This document shows, one piece after another, positions 27,065 to 37,811 of a DNA stretch of 64,000 nt; position 1 is the first letter of the stretch; every line of letters begins with the position of its first letter. The stretch is from an uncultured Rhodospirillaceae bacterium (GTDB taxonomy: Bacteria; Pseudomonadota; Alphaproteobacteria; MPNO01; UBA830). A program made the translations under genes and the position numbers. The stretch is taken from assembly GCA_963974055.1 (NCBI GenBank), contig CAXBCP010000023.1, positions 11,666-75,665 of the forward strand, given 5' to 3'. The notes below the pieces were generated by a model. It searched no databases and was not told the origin of the DNA. It saw only the letters and a program-made list of their open reading frames with translations.

Positions 27065-28528
27065 ATGGAAATCCGCGAAGCGCTGACGTTTGACGACATA
27101 CTCCTCGTACCCGCGGAATCTGCCGTTCTCCCCCATGAAGCCTCTACGAAAACGCGCCTGACGCGCTCGATCAGCCTTGGTATTCCGCTGGTTTCCGCGG
27201 CAATGGACACGGTGACGGAATCGGCTATGGCGATTGCCATGGCCCAGGCGGGCGGCATCGGCGTGCTTCACAAGAACCTTGAAATTGCCGCCCAGGCGGA
27301 CGAGGTCCGGGCCGTCAAGAAATTCGAGTCCGGCATGGTGGTCAACCCGGTCACCATCGCGCCCGAACGCACCCTTGCCGACGCGCTGGCCCTGATGGAA
27401 GGCCACAGGATTTCCGGCATTCCGGTCGTCGAGGCCAATAGCGGCAAGCTTGTCGGCGTCCTCACCAACCGGGACGTCCGCTTCGCAGACCGGCCCGACC
27501 AGCCCGTCAGCGAACTGATGACCCATGAAAACCTGGTGACGGTGAACGAAGGCGTCGATATGGCCGAGGCCCGGCGCCTGCTGCACAAATTCCGGATCGA
27601 AAAGCTTCTGGTTGTCGATGACAGCTATCGCTGCATCGGCCTGATCACGGTCAAGGACATGGAAAAGGCGAAGCTTCATCCGGATGCCACCAAGGACGAC
27701 AAGGGCCGTCTGCGCGTCGCTGCGGCGACCGGAGTCGGCGATGACGGGTTTGCGCGGGCCGAGGCGCTGATTGACGCCGAGGCGGATGTCGTGGTGGTCG
27801 ATACCGCGCACGGTCATTCCCGCGGCGTGCTCGAAGCGGTCGCCCGGATCAAACGCATTTCCAACAGCACGCAGGTCATCGCCGGCAATATCGCGACCCC
27901 CGACGGCGCCAGGGCACTGATCGATGCAGGTGCGGATTCGGTCAAGATCGGGATCGGGCCGGGCTCGATCTGCACCACGCGCGCGGTCACCGGCGTCGGC
28001 GTGCCGCAGTTCAGCGCGGTGCATGAATCCTCGGAAATCTGTCATAAAAACGACGTGCCCTGTATTGCCGATGGCGGTGTCCGCCTGTCGGGCGATGTCG
28101 CGAAAGCGATCGCGGCGGGGGCGGACTGCGTGATGGTGGGCTCGTTGCTCGCCGGCACCGAGGAAAGCCCCGGCGAGGTGTTCCTGTATCAGGGGCGGTC
28201 CTACAAGTCCTATCGCGGGATGGGATCGCTGGGCGCGATGGCACAGGGATCGGCGGACCGTTATTTTCAGCAGGAAGTGAACGATACGCTCAAGCTCGTG
28301 CCCGAGGGGATCGAGGGCAGGGTGCCGTACAAGGGCCCGGCGGGCGCGGTCCTGCACCAGCTCATCGGCGGCCTGCGCGCCTCGATGGGATATACCGGCA
28401 ACGGCACCGTCGCCGACATGCAGGCCAACTGCTCCTTCCGGCGGGCGACGTCGGCGGGCTTCCGCGAAGGTCACGTCCACGACGTGTCGATCATGCGCGA
28501 GGCGCCCAATTACCGGCCCCCGGAATAG
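27065..28528 (+). CDS. guaB: IMP dehydrogenase
   Basis: [13 protein letters not shown] pair, [13 protein letters not shown] catalytic Cys, YRGMGS, VPEGIEG. Confidence 0.98.
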   Translation: MEIREALTFDDILLVPAESAVLPHEASTKTRLTRSISLGIPLVSAAMDTVTESAMAIAMAQAGGIGVLHKNLEIAAQADEVRAVKKFESGMVVNPVTIAPERTLADALALMEGHRISGIPVVEANSGKLVGVLTNRDVRFADRPDQPVSELMTHENLVTVNEGVDMAEARRLLHKFRIEKLLVVDDSYRCIGLITVKDMEKAKLHPDATKDDKGRLRVAAATGVGDDGFARAEALIDAEADVVVVDTAHGHSRGVLEAVARIKRISNSTQVIAGNIATPDGARALIDAGADSVKIGIGPGSICTTRAVTGVGVPQFSAVHESSEICHKNDVPCIADGGVRLSGDVAKAIAAGADCVMVGSLLAGTEESPGEVFLYQGRSYKSYRGMGSLGAMAQGSADRYFQQEVNDTLKLVPEGIEGRVPYKGPAGAVLHQLIGGLRASMGYTGNGTVADMQANCSFRRATSAGFREGHVHDVSIMREAPNYRPPE

Positions 28529-28532
28529 TGCG

Positions 28533-29090
28533 GTGACGGGGGCGGCGACCGATATCGGCGTAAGGGAGGCGGATGCCGACGATGCCGCGGTGATCGCCCG
28601 CATTCATTCGGAAAGCTGGCGGTCGACCTATGCCGGCATTCTGCCCGACGACGTTCTGCTCGATCTCGAATCCCGGGACCACAAAGAGCGCTGGTGGCGC
28701 CATGTGCTCGGACCGGTGCGCAGCGATCATTTCGTGTATGTTGCGGAATCGGCCGATGGCGGCGTGATCGGATTCGCCAGCGCCGGCCCGTCGCGCAATA
28801 CCGGTCTGCCCTACCGGGCCGAGGTTTATACAATTTACCTGCAGGACGATTTTCACGGTTTCGGTATCGGGCGCCAGCTTTTCGCCAGCACCGTCGCCCG
28901 GGCGCAGGAAGCGCGCGGCCCGTCCGTGATCGTCTGGTGCCTGAGGGAAAATCCGTCCCGGTTCTTTTACGAGCGCATGGGCGGGGTAATGGTGGCACGC
29001 CGGACCGGCACGGTCGGATCGGCGGCCGTAGAGGAAATCGGATACGCCTGGGAAGACGCTTCCGATCTGGCTGTCTGGGGGAGTGCCTGA
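28533..29090 (+). CDS. GNAT family N-acetyltransferase
   Basis: [20 protein letters not shown] acetyl-CoA motif; [10 protein letters not shown]. Confidence 0.85.
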   Translation: MTGAATDIGVREADADDAAVIARIHSESWRSTYAGILPDDVLLDLESRDHKERWWRHVLGPVRSDHFVYVAESADGGVIGFASAGPSRNTGLPYRAEVYTIYLQDDFHGFGIGRQLFASTVARAQEARGPSVIVWCLRENPSRFFYERMGGVMVARRTGTVGSAAVEEIGYAWEDASDLAVWGSA

Positions 29091-30651
29091 GTCCGTGAAT
29101 ATTTCCGACCGCGTATTGATTATCGATTTCGGGTCCCAGGTGACCCAGCTTATCGCCCGCCGCGTGCGCGAAAGCGGCGTGTATTGCGAAATCCATCCGT
29201 TCAACAAGGTAACGGCGGCGACGCTGGCCGAGTTCGCGCCGAAGGCGATCGTCCTGTCCGGCGGTCCGGCCTCGGTACTCGATATCGATACCCCGCGGGC
29301 GCCCGACGAGGTCTTCGATCTCGGCGTGCCGGTGCTCGGCATCTGTTACGGCCAGCAGACCATGGTCGAACAGCTCGGCGGCGAGGTGCAGACGTCGGAT
29401 CACCGGGAATTCGGCCGCGCCATGGTCACGGTCGCCGAGGACTGCGCGATGTTCGAGGGCGTCTGGCATGTCGGCGCCGAGGAGCAGGTCTGGATGAGCC
29501 ACGGCGACCGCGTGGTGCGGCTGCCGGACGGGTTCCGCGTTGTCGGCACCAGCGTCGGCGCGCCCTATGCCGCGATCGCCAATGACGAGCGCCGGTTCTA
29601 CGCGGTCCAGTTCCATCCCGAAGTCGTCCACACGCCCCACGGCGCGGAGCTGCTGAAGAATTTCACCCATGGCGTTGCCGGCTGTCGGGGCGACTGGACC
29701 ATGGCGGCGTTTCGCGACCAGGAAATAGCCAAGGTGCGCGCCCAGGTCGGCACCGGGCGCGTGATCTGCGGCCTGTCGGGCGGCGTGGATTCGTCGGTGG
29801 TCGCGGTGCTGCTGCACGAAGCGATCGGCGACCAGCTGACCTGCGTATTCGTCGATACCGGCATGATGCGCCAGGACGAGGCGGAGGAGGTCGTGACCCT
29901 GTTCCGCGATCACTACAACATTTCGCTGGTGCATCGCGATGCGGCGGACCTGTTCGTCGGCAAGCTCGCCGGCGTCACCGACCCGGAACAGAAGCGCAAG
30001 ATTATCGGCAGCACGTTCATCGACGTGTTCGACGAGGAAGCGAAGAAGGTCGGCGGCGCCGATTTCCTCGCCCAGGGCACGCTGTATCCCGATGTAATCG
30101 AATCCGTCTCGTTCCATGGCGGGCCCAGCGTGACGATCAAGTCCCACCACAATGTCGGCGGCCTGCCGGAGCGCATGAACATGGCGCTGGTCGAGCCGCT
30201 GCGCGAACTGTTCAAGGACGAAGTCCGCGCGCTCGGCCGCGAACTGGGGCTGCCGGAAAGCTTCGTCGGCCGCCATCCGTTTCCCGGGCCGGGCCTCGCG
30301 ATCCGCATTCCCGGCGACATCACGCGCGAAAAGCTCGACGTGCTGCGCAAGGCCGATGCGATCTACCTCGAGGAAATCCGCAATGCCGGGCTGTACGACG
30401 AGATCTGGCAGGCCTTCGCCGTGCTGCTGCCGGTCCAGACCGTCGGCGTGATGGGCGATGCCCGTACCTACGACAATGTCTGCGCCCTGCGCGCGGTAAC
30501 GTCGACCGACGGCATGACCGCCGATTTCTATCCCTATGACATGGGGTTTCTCGGCCGCACGGCGAACCGCATCATCAACGAGGTCCGCGGCATCAACCGG
30601 GTGGTCTACGACATCACGTCGAAACCGCCCGGCACCATCGAGTGGGAATAG
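29083..30651 (+). CDS. guaA: GMP synthase (glutamine-hydrolysing)
   Basis: [42 protein letters not shown]. Confidence 0.98.
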   Translation: MPESVNISDRVLIIDFGSQVTQLIARRVRESGVYCEIHPFNKVTAATLAEFAPKAIVLSGGPASVLDIDTPRAPDEVFDLGVPVLGICYGQQTMVEQLGGEVQTSDHREFGRAMVTVAEDCAMFEGVWHVGAEEQVWMSHGDRVVRLPDGFRVVGTSVGAPYAAIANDERRFYAVQFHPEVVHTPHGAELLKNFTHGVAGCRGDWTMAAFRDQEIAKVRAQVGTGRVICGLSGGVDSSVVAVLLHEAIGDQLTCVFVDTGMMRQDEAEEVVTLFRDHYNISLVHRDAADLFVGKLAGVTDPEQKRKIIGSTFIDVFDEEAKKVGGADFLAQGTLYPDVIESVSFHGGPSVTIKSHHNVGGLPERMNMALVEPLRELFKDEVRALGRELGLPESFVGRHPFPGPGLAIRIPGDITREKLDVLRKADAIYLEEIRNAGLYDEIWQAFAVLLPVQTVGVMGDARTYDNVCALRAVTSTDGMTADFYPYDMGFLGRTANRIINEVRGINRVVYDITSKPPGTIEWE

Positions 30652-30729
30652 GGTTTCGGATCGAATTCACCGGCTTTTGAGATCGGGGGCATCCGCCGGC
30701 GGAAATCCGCCGGTGCCGGGTCGGGGTGC

Positions 30730-31302
30730 CTATTCCGCGGCGGCGAGGATCCGGCTTTTCTGCGCCTGAATTTCGCAGTAATTCGCGGCATGCTGCAGCG
30801 TCATGTCGGCGATCTCGATGTGTTCCGGCAGATCGATCAGTGTTTTTACGGCCTCGGCGACTTCGGTATACGACAGGGACGGCAGCGCATGTTCCAGCAG
30901 GCCCAGGTTGATCGTGGTGATCCGGCAGCGCTTGTCCGAATTGTAGGTCAGGTTGGCGGCAAGCTGGTTCAGCGCCGCTTTCTGGGCCGCGTACATGTAG
31001 CCTTTCGAAATGTTCGGCTGCGCCGCTCTCGACGACATATTGATGATGTATTTGCCCGCGTCGGCTTTCCAGGCGTCGAAAAACCGGAACAGCAGCTCGA
31101 CCTGCGAAAAACCCTGATGTGCCTGGTTGATGAAAATGTCGAAGTCCCGGGGACGGATATCGTCCTCGAGCCTGACATTCGTCACGCTAAAGGCGCGCGC
31201 GCGGCCGGACGGCCCGTGGTTCGCGGATTCGTCCGTCAGCAGATCCGTGATCGCCCCGGCCAGACCGGTGCTACCGGTTATTGCCACTCTCGTAGTGTTC
31301 AT
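30730..31302 (-). CDS. Compact short-chain dehydrogenase/reductase-like protein
   Basis: VAITGSTGLAG, FINQAH, IINMSS, YAAQK (YxxxK); about 190 aa. Confidence 0.7.
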   Translation of the reverse strand: MNTTRVAITGSTGLAGAITDLLTDESANHGPSGRARAFSVTNVRLEDDIRPRDFDIFINQAHQGFSQVELLFRFFDAWKADAGKYIINMSSRAAQPNISKGYMYAAQKAALNQLAANLTYNSDKRCRITTINLGLLEHALPSLSYTEVAEAVKTLIDLPEHIEIADMTLQHAANYCEIQAQKSRILAAAE

Positions 31303-32182
31303 TGAGCATCCTGAAAGATTCGCCACCGAACAATACCCCTTTGACATTGCATTGATTGCAGGGGGCCTGGCTCCGGTCCCCCTTGGCCAGGCGCCGGCGG
31401 ATTTTGGCCATCGCCTTGGAGAACCACACATCCTCGAGGCTGTCCTGTATCAGATTGCCGACCACCTGTTCCCGGCCCCAGTCGTTCGAGCAGAAAAGAA
31501 CGTCGCCGTTCCAGTCGACGAACATCTTGTAGAACGGGTAATGGCAGGGCTTGCCGCGCAACTGTTCGACCTCGCTTTCGTCCTGGCCGGTCCAGGTGAT
31601 CCGGCCCGACCGGTTGTTCAGGATCAGGCCATGGTCGCTGTCGTTCCAGTGCATGCGGTATTTGACGCTTTCCGCGCGTTCCGGCCCGACCATCCGCTCG
31701 AATCCGGCCATCTGGTCCGCGCCGTCGTACAAATTGATATAGAGGAGATCGAGGCCGTTTTCGAAAACCCGGGACACCAGTTCCGGGGTCAGTTTGTCGC
31801 CGTTGGTGTTGCACTCGATCGTTGCGTGCGGCAGCTTTTCGCGGAATATCCCGACGATTTCGGGAAACAGCGGGTTCAGGAAATTTTCCCCGAACCCGGA
31901 GAACGATACCTTTCCGGCATATTGCGCGGCGCTTAGCCGTTCGGCGATCAGTTCGGCGCCGGTGAGGGACATGTTGAGGTTTCTGTTCGGAAAGACCGTT
32001 TCGTCGAAGCGCGGGCAGAACACGCATTTCCGGTTGCACAGTTCCGTCGTGTTGACCTCCACCGTCAGCAGGGACTTCACCAGGCCTGCGCCATGGGTGT
32101 TTCTTTTGAAATGGGACGCTTCCTGGTTTTTCCGGTGTTCCAGAAAGGTTTCCTTGTCGAATGTGTTTGGTGTCGCGTCCAT
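31271..32182 (-). CDS. Radical SAM protein with SPASM/twitch domain
   Basis: CNRKCVFC (CxxxCxxC); CHYPF...DVLFCSND...CNQC auxiliary cluster motif. Confidence 0.9.
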   Translation of the reverse strand: MDATPNTFDKETFLEHRKNQEASHFKRNTHGAGLVKSLLTVEVNTTELCNRKCVFCPRFDETVFPNRNLNMSLTGAELIAERLSAAQYAGKVSFSGFGENFLNPLFPEIVGIFREKLPHATIECNTNGDKLTPELVSRVFENGLDLLYINLYDGADQMAGFERMVGPERAESVKYRMHWNDSDHGLILNNRSGRITWTGQDESEVEQLRGKPCHYPFYKMFVDWNGDVLFCSNDWGREQVVGNLIQDSLEDVWFSKAMAKIRRRLAKGDRSQAPCNQCNVKGVLFGGESFRMLNEHYESGNNR

Positions 32183-32450
32183 TTCGTTCCCGCTTGCAAA
32201 CCGAATAAGGGGCGCGCACGGCGCCGGTTTCGTTAAAAGCACGCATGCTGCGACCCGTGCTCTGAAAGAAACGCCCCTATTTGTGCCTCTTAACCAACAA
32301 ATTAAGGTTAATTTTTGGCGCCCATGTCCCTGTTTTTTGCCGGAACGCGGTTTCGGCGCGCGGCGGCAGGGTACTTGATCGGATCGGCGCCGGATGTAGG
32401 GTGGGCCGCGCCCGCGGTCAGCGGCGTATTTCAGGTATGAGAGTTGTGAG

Positions 32451-33464
32451 ATGGAACTGAAGATCAGAAATCCCTACCGGGTCGTCGGCGATCTCAGCTG
32501 CTTTCTGCGCCTGTATTGCCGGCAACCCAATGCCTATTACGCCTCCCCGAAACGGAATGTGCTGAATTCGGCTGTGTCCCTGGCGGCGCGGGTGTGGGGC
32601 TTCAGAAAGCTGACCCGCGCGGCACACCGGTTTTTTCCCGTCGAATGCGGCGACGGGCGGGTATTCACCGCCCGGGATACGAATTCCCAGTACCATTCGA
32701 TCTATTTCGATGCCTATCGCGACGCCTACGAGCCCGATGTGACGTCGGCGCTCGAATGTTTCCTGAATGCCGGCGACGTGTTCGTGGATGTCGGCTCCAA
32801 CTGGGGCCATCACACGTTTTACGCGGTTCTCGAAAAGGGCGCGTCCGCGGTGGCGTTCGAACCGAACCCGATCGTCGGCGACGACCTTGCACGGGTGGCC
32901 GGCGAACTGGGCGTATCGGACCGGGTGACCCTGCACCGGGCCGGGGTATCCGACGGCGAGGGGACCCTTCGTCTCAGCCAGAACTATTTCGAATCCGGCG
33001 TGGCCTCTATTGACGACAGCTTCGCCGCCGAGCGCAAATCCGAAAAACTGATATCGGTCTGCCACCGGGTTCTCGGTCTCAAACCCATCGTCAACGAGGT
33101 GCCGGTCGTGACGCTCGATTCCCTCGCCCTCGACAGGATCGACCTGATGAAGGTCGATGCCGAAGGCGTTGAGCTGGCGGTCTTCCGGGGCGGGCGGGAC
33201 ACGATCGCGAGGCTGCGGCCCAGGATATGCTTCGAGTTTCACAGCGCCGACCTCAGCACATACGACCCGTTCGAACGGTTCTTCGCCGATCTCGATTACA
33301 CGCTCTATGAAATCGCGGCGGAAAAGAAGCCGTCCTCTCCCGGCGTCTTCGATGTCGCGTTGAGCCCCATCGCCGGGCCGTCGCTCGTTGCGCACAGGCA
33401 ATACAACATCATCGCCATGCCCAACGAGGCCGATCCGCCGGACGGGGCCCCGACGCCTGATTAA
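32451..33464 (+). CDS. FkbM family methyltransferase
   Basis: VDVGSNWG, AFEPNP, MKVDAEGVE. Confidence 0.85.
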   Translation: MELKIRNPYRVVGDLSCFLRLYCRQPNAYYASPKRNVLNSAVSLAARVWGFRKLTRAAHRFFPVECGDGRVFTARDTNSQYHSIYFDAYRDAYEPDVTSALECFLNAGDVFVDVGSNWGHHTFYAVLEKGASAVAFEPNPIVGDDLARVAGELGVSDRVTLHRAGVSDGEGTLRLSQNYFESGVASIDDSFAAERKSEKLISVCHRVLGLKPIVNEVPVVTLDSLALDRIDLMKVDAEGVELAVFRGGRDTIARLRPRICFEFHSADLSTYDPFERFFADLDYTLYEIAAEKKPSSPGVFDVALSPIAGPSLVAHRQYNIIAMPNEADPPDGAPTPD

Positions 33465-33470
33465 GGACGC

Positions 33471-34094
33471 TTATTTAAGCGCGTCGCGCATAAACATGTC
33501 CTTGAAGATCCGGTCGAGTTTTTCACGATAGGCCGGCCCGACCATCTTGCCCGTCTCCGACGGGATAAGCCCGGAGCCGAGCCCGTCGGTGCCGCGAAAT
33601 TCGGTTTCGGCGAGCTGCTTTCCGTCCGCCCCGAATATCTGCGCGCGGAGTTCGTAGAGCAGGCGCGTCGCTACGTAGGTATCGGATTTCCATTCCTGGA
33701 GCGTGATCAGCAGGGCGCGCGCGGCCCCGGTGCCGGTTATCGTGCGGCGGGCCTCCGCCGGTCCCTGGGCCGGTGCGATCGTAACGGCCTCGGCCTTGAT
33801 ATTGCGGGCTTTGAGCCCGTTGACGACCGCGGTCGTCATGTCGGCGGCCAGCGGCTTGCCGGATGCCGTGACGACATCGAACGGGTTGCCCCAACCGCCC
33901 CGCGAGAGCCCGACAAAGTCCGGCGTCTTGTTGTTGTCGACGATGTAGCTCCGCCGGTCATGGACGGCGACCGCAACGGTCTTGTCCGTCTGAACGTCCC
34001 AGTTCGGGTCGGCATAGGTATAGTCGTGCTTGACGCCGATCGCGCAGCCGCCTGTGATTATTGCCAGAGCAATCGTGATAAGGATCGAGCGCAT
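33471..34094 (-). CDS. Putative lipoprotein (YajG-like)
   Basis: Signal peptide ending TGGC; VAVHDRR; family call tentative. Confidence 0.6.
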   Translation of the reverse strand: MRSILITIALAIITGGCAIGVKHDYTYADPNWDVQTDKTVAVAVHDRRSYIVDNNKTPDFVGLSRGGWGNPFDVVTASGKPLAADMTTAVVNGLKARNIKAEAVTIAPAQGPAEARRTITGTGAARALLITLQEWKSDTYVATRLLYELRAQIFGADGKQLAETEFRGTDGLGSGLIPSETGKMVGPAYREKLDRIFKDMFMRDALK

Positions 34095-34562
34095 TGTTTC
34101 TCCAGTTTTTGATCTGTGTGTTGAACCCGGTCGCTACGTGCATCCATGGAGGGCAGGGCGACGGGCATCGTAGCGGACCGCCTCACGGGGTTGAATACTA
34201 TATTTTTCGCAACGGCCTGCGCGTTGCAGGGGTGTCTGTCGCGTGGCGGTTATGGCGCGGTCAGACAGGGGGCGGCCACCGCGAACCGGTTTGTCGTGAC
34301 CCGGACCGGGCCCGAGCGTCCGTGATCCCGAAAATTAACCCTGTTATGCAGTCATGCGACCGGGGGAAGGAATGTAATACCTTTGAAAACAATGCATTAG
34401 CCGCAATTTTGTCCTTTGGGCTGATGCAAAAATGTTAATGGAATCAATGCGCTTTAAAATACATGTCATAAAACGGTTGAAATCCCGAATCGGGTTTGTT
34501 ACACTTTTGTGGTCCGGCGCTTCCTGTGTAAAGGAAACGTCATATTTCGCTTGAAAAATTAG

Positions 34563-34593
34563 TTGCACTGCACTATCTCACCGTGCACTGCAA
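34563..34593. promoter_or_regulatory. Inverted repeat TTGCACTGCAC-N9-GTGCACTGCAA upstream of the mini-GcrA gene
   Basis: 10 of 11 positions complementary; 25 bp before the ATG. Confidence 0.5.
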
Positions 34594-34618
34594 TATTTTG
34601 TTGAATCGGGTAAGAATC

Positions 34619-34828
34619 ATGAGCCAAGCTAAGCAGAAAGTCCTCAATATCACGCGTCTGTTCAATCATGGACCGTCGCCGTTCCGTACCTGCCAGTGGC
34701 CGCACGGCGAGCCGGCAACGAAGGAATTTCATTTCTGCGGCGACAAGACGCTCGAAGGATATTCCTATTGCCCGAAGCACGTTGAAATGGCCTATCGTGA
34801 GCCGGAGCCGCGCCGCAAGGTCGCCTAG
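34619..34828 (+). CDS. GcrA C-terminal-domain-only protein (69 aa)
   Basis: TCQWPHGEP...FHFCG...GYSYCPKH...AY matches the GcrA C-terminal domain; no N-terminal HTH. Confidence 0.75.
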   Translation: MSQAKQKVLNITRLFNHGPSPFRTCQWPHGEPATKEFHFCGDKTLEGYSYCPKHVEMAYREPEPRRKVA

Positions 34829-34890
34829 TTCACTGTAAATCGCCTGCTGTCCTTCATGGATAGCCGGTGACCGAACGGTCGAAAATTGAT

Positions 34891-34922
34891 AAGCTGCCTC
34901 CCGACCGGAGGCAGCTTTCTTT
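34891..34922 (+). terminator. Rho-independent terminator
   Basis: AAGCTGCCTCC-CGACC-GGAGGCAGCTT followed by TCTTT. Confidence 0.6.
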
Positions 34923-34934
34923 CGTGAGGACCCC

Positions 34935-35744
34935 ATGATCGTTCAGACCGCGCCCGAGGGCGCTCGCCGTTTCGTTATCCGCATGTCGGAACACACGGCA
35001 TTGTCGGACAGCCTCGCCGGGGCATTCGGCAATGACCGTTTTGCACCGGTCGAAGATCCCGCATCCCGTTACATCATTGCAAATCACGATGCCGGGTGGG
35101 CGGATCTGGACGACGAATTCCGGATCGATCCCGCGACCGGCTTTCCCTATAACCTGGCCGAAACGCCGTTCGACCTGATCATGGGAACCAGCAAGGCCTC
35201 GCCGGATTTCAATGAAGCCCACGACCCGTTTGCGGGCCTGTTGTCGAGCATGCATTCCTGGGGCCTGTACAATGGCCGCTACGGACTGTCCGACGTCGTA
35301 TTGCTCGACAAGGTGGCCGAACAGAATGTCCCCGCCGCGGAGGCCATGCTGGCCGGCGAGGAGGCGCGGCAGGCGCGGCTGAAAGAAACATTGCGCGACC
35401 GTCCGGACACCCGCGACAAGGTCGAAGACCGGCGCCTGATGCAGGCCTACAAGCAGCTTCAGTTCTTCGATACGCTGGCCCTTTATTTCAACCGGATACA
35501 CGAAGGCGCGCGCGCCGAAGCCGTGTTCCCCAACGTGCCGATGTCGGAAACGGCCGATGCCGAGATCACCGTCACGCCGCTCGGCGACGGCATCTACAGG
35601 GTCGCGCCCTGGCCGTTTGCCGGCGACCGGCTGACGGTCGAATTCGACGGCCGCTACATGGCGCCCGAGCCGGGGCGGGAACGATCATCCGTCGCCCCGG
35701 ACCTGCCGGTTGAAGCGCAGTCCGTGACGCTGGTCGCAGGCTGA
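34935..35744 (+). CDS. DUF3891-like protein
   Basis: HTALSDSLAGAFGN and ANHDAGW...DPATGFPY pattern. Confidence 0.65.
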   Translation: MIVQTAPEGARRFVIRMSEHTALSDSLAGAFGNDRFAPVEDPASRYIIANHDAGWADLDDEFRIDPATGFPYNLAETPFDLIMGTSKASPDFNEAHDPFAGLLSSMHSWGLYNGRYGLSDVVLLDKVAEQNVPAAEAMLAGEEARQARLKETLRDRPDTRDKVEDRRLMQAYKQLQFFDTLALYFNRIHEGARAEAVFPNVPMSETADAEITVTPLGDGIYRVAPWPFAGDRLTVEFDGRYMAPEPGRERSSVAPDLPVEAQSVTLVAG

Positions 35745-35829
35745 CCCGCCGGGCGTTTTCCGCGCGACGATCCGGCTTTTGCCCGCCTGTCCTCCCTGCG
35801 GTATTGTCTCTCCGAATGGAGGCCTCTGC

Positions 35830-36039
35830 GTGTTTGCAAAAATAATCGGTGTCGTCACGGCGATCACCATCTTCCTGCTGTATTTCAGGTGGCGCGGCAC
35901 CGATCCGGTCCTGGAAACGATGCTCGGAATCCTGCTGGCGCTCGCCGGCGGGACCTGGGCCTGGTGGCTGACCGGGCGGCGCCAGCAGCGCATGGAGCGC
36001 GACAGCCGGGATCCCCACGACCGGACACCGCCCCGATGA
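35830..36039 (+). CDS. Small two-TM membrane protein
   Basis: Two hydrophobic segments; ATGA overlap with fni; start uncertain. Confidence 0.5.
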   Translation: MFAKIIGVVTAITIFLLYFRWRGTDPVLETMLGILLALAGGTWAWWLTGRRQQRMERDSRDPHDRTPPR

Positions 36040-37076
36040 CAGGGATCGAAGGCCGCAAACGCGAACATATCGACACCGTTCTGAACGAGGACGTTTCGTC
36101 GAAGGGCGTCACGACGGGGTTGGAGGACTATGCGTTCGACCACGTCGCACTGCCCGAGATCGACCTCGACGCGGTGGAGACGGGCTGTACGGTTCTCGGC
36201 AGGGACCTGTCGGCGCCGTTGCTGATTTCCAGCATGACCGGGGGCACGGCCATCGCTCGCGATATCAACATGCGTCTCGCCGAGGCGGCGCAGTCGCTCG
36301 GGATTGCGATGGGCGTCGGATCGCAACGGGCGGCGATCGAGCAGCCCTGCTTTGCCGATACGTTCGATGTGCGATCGGTCGCCCCCGATATCCTGCTTTT
36401 CGCCAATCTCGGCGCGGTGCAGCTCAATTACGGCTATTCGGCGGACCAGGCCCGGCAGGCGGTGGACATGATCGGCGCGGATGCGCTGTTTCTTCATCTG
36501 AACCCGCTGCAGGAGGCCGTGCAGGCCGGCGGCGACCGCAACTGGACCGGGCTGTACGCCAAGATCGGCACGCTCGTGGAAACGCTCGGGGTTCCGGTGG
36601 TGATCAAGGAAGTCGGCAACGGCATTTCGGGCGCCGTTGCCCGGCGGCTTGCGGATCTCGGCGTTGCGGGCATCGATGTCGCGGGCGCCGGCGGCACCAG
36701 CTGGAGCGAGGTCGAAGCGTATCGTCAGAAAGACCCGGCGGTCCGCCGCATAGCCCATACCTTTGCCGGGTGGGGAATCCCGACGGCCACGGCGCTGGCG
36801 GATGTCTGCGAGGCCGCGCCCGGTCTGCCGGTTTTCGCGTCCGGCGGCATCCGCTCGGGTATCGATGTCGCCAAGGCGATCCGGCTCGGGGCATCCCTGG
36901 TCGGGATGGCGGCGCCGGCGCTGGGCTCGGCGACCGAAACGGCCGATATGGTAACGGAAACACTGACGGAAACCGCGGCTGAGCTGCGCATTGCGATGTT
37001 TTGTACGGGGAGCAGGGATTTGACGGCACTGAAATCGGCGGCAATGCGCCGCGTATCCAGCGGGGACCGCGTGTGA
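36036..37076 (+). CDS. fni: Type 2 isopentenyl-diphosphate delta-isomerase
   Basis: RKREHI, ISSMTGG, GVGSQR, HLNPLQE, IKEVGNG, AGAGGTSW, SGGIRSG. Confidence 0.95.
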   Translation: MTGIEGRKREHIDTVLNEDVSSKGVTTGLEDYAFDHVALPEIDLDAVETGCTVLGRDLSAPLLISSMTGGTAIARDINMRLAEAAQSLGIAMGVGSQRAAIEQPCFADTFDVRSVAPDILLFANLGAVQLNYGYSADQARQAVDMIGADALFLHLNPLQEAVQAGGDRNWTGLYAKIGTLVETLGVPVVIKEVGNGISGAVARRLADLGVAGIDVAGAGGTSWSEVEAYRQKDPAVRRIAHTFAGWGIPTATALADVCEAAPGLPVFASGGIRSGIDVAKAIRLGASLVGMAAPALGSATETADMVTETLTETAAELRIAMFCTGSRDLTALKSAAMRRVSSGDRV

Positions 37077-37789
37077 GTACGAAAAAGGTATTGCCGCCGC
37101 AGCCGGTTCGCGAGGCGGGGACGAAGGCGGTGCGCCCGTCCGATGCCGCGACGATCATCATCTGGCGCAAGCGGGGGCGGCGGATCGAAGTGCTCATGGG
37201 CGAACGCCACCGGGCGCACAAGTTCCTGCCGCATCGCTACGTGTTTCCCGGCGGCCGCGTCGATGCCGGCGATGCCCGTGTCCGGGTGGGCAGCGAGATG
37301 GCGCCCGCGGTGGCGGCGCAGCTTGCCCGTACGACCCGCAACGGCCGTGCCCGTTCGATCGCCATTGCCGCGATCCGCGAGACGTTCGAAGAGACCGGCC
37401 TGATCATCGGGGCCGACGATCCGCTGCCGCACCGGCCGCCGCCCAGCGGCTGGGACCGGTTTTTCGGGGCGGGCTACGCCCCGGCACTGGACCGGCTGGA
37501 TTATATCGCGCGCGCGATTACGCCTGTCTTCCGGCCGATGCGCTTCGATGCGCGCTTTTTCATGGTCGAGGCCGGCGGGGTGGTCGGCGACCTGGAGGGC
37601 TCGGGCGAGCTTGAAAACCTGGACTGGATTCCCATACAGGAGACGCAGAATTTCGAACTCGCGCTGGTGACCCGGAACATCCTGAATTACGCGGAAGGTC
37701 TGATCAAAGACCCGCCGGCCCAGACGGCGCGCCGCAAGATTCCCTTTTTCAGGCATTACGGCGGCGGACACCACCTGATCATGCAATAG
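37073..37789 (+). CDS. NUDIX hydrolase
   Basis: YVFPGGRVD...AAIRETFEETGL Nudix box. Confidence 0.85.
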   Translation: MSTKKVLPPQPVREAGTKAVRPSDAATIIIWRKRGRRIEVLMGERHRAHKFLPHRYVFPGGRVDAGDARVRVGSEMAPAVAAQLARTTRNGRARSIAIAAIRETFEETGLIIGADDPLPHRPPPSGWDRFFGAGYAPALDRLDYIARAITPVFRPMRFDARFFMVEAGGVVGDLEGSGELENLDWIPIQETQNFELALVTRNILNYAEGLIKDPPAQTARRKIPFFRHYGGGHHLIMQ

Positions 37790-37811
37790 GCGTGCCCGCG
37801 CGGCGGCGTGC

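Noticed and set aside
32290-32311. CtrA-box-like TTAA clusters here and near 57980-57996 and 59575-59591
   Set aside because: Spacing or sequence deviates from TTAA-N7-TTAA (N8, N6, or a mismatched half-site); not supportable without data
30630-34900. Second integrated island at the guaA 3' end
   Set aside because: No duplicate of the guaA 3' end and no integrase found; GC looks host-like
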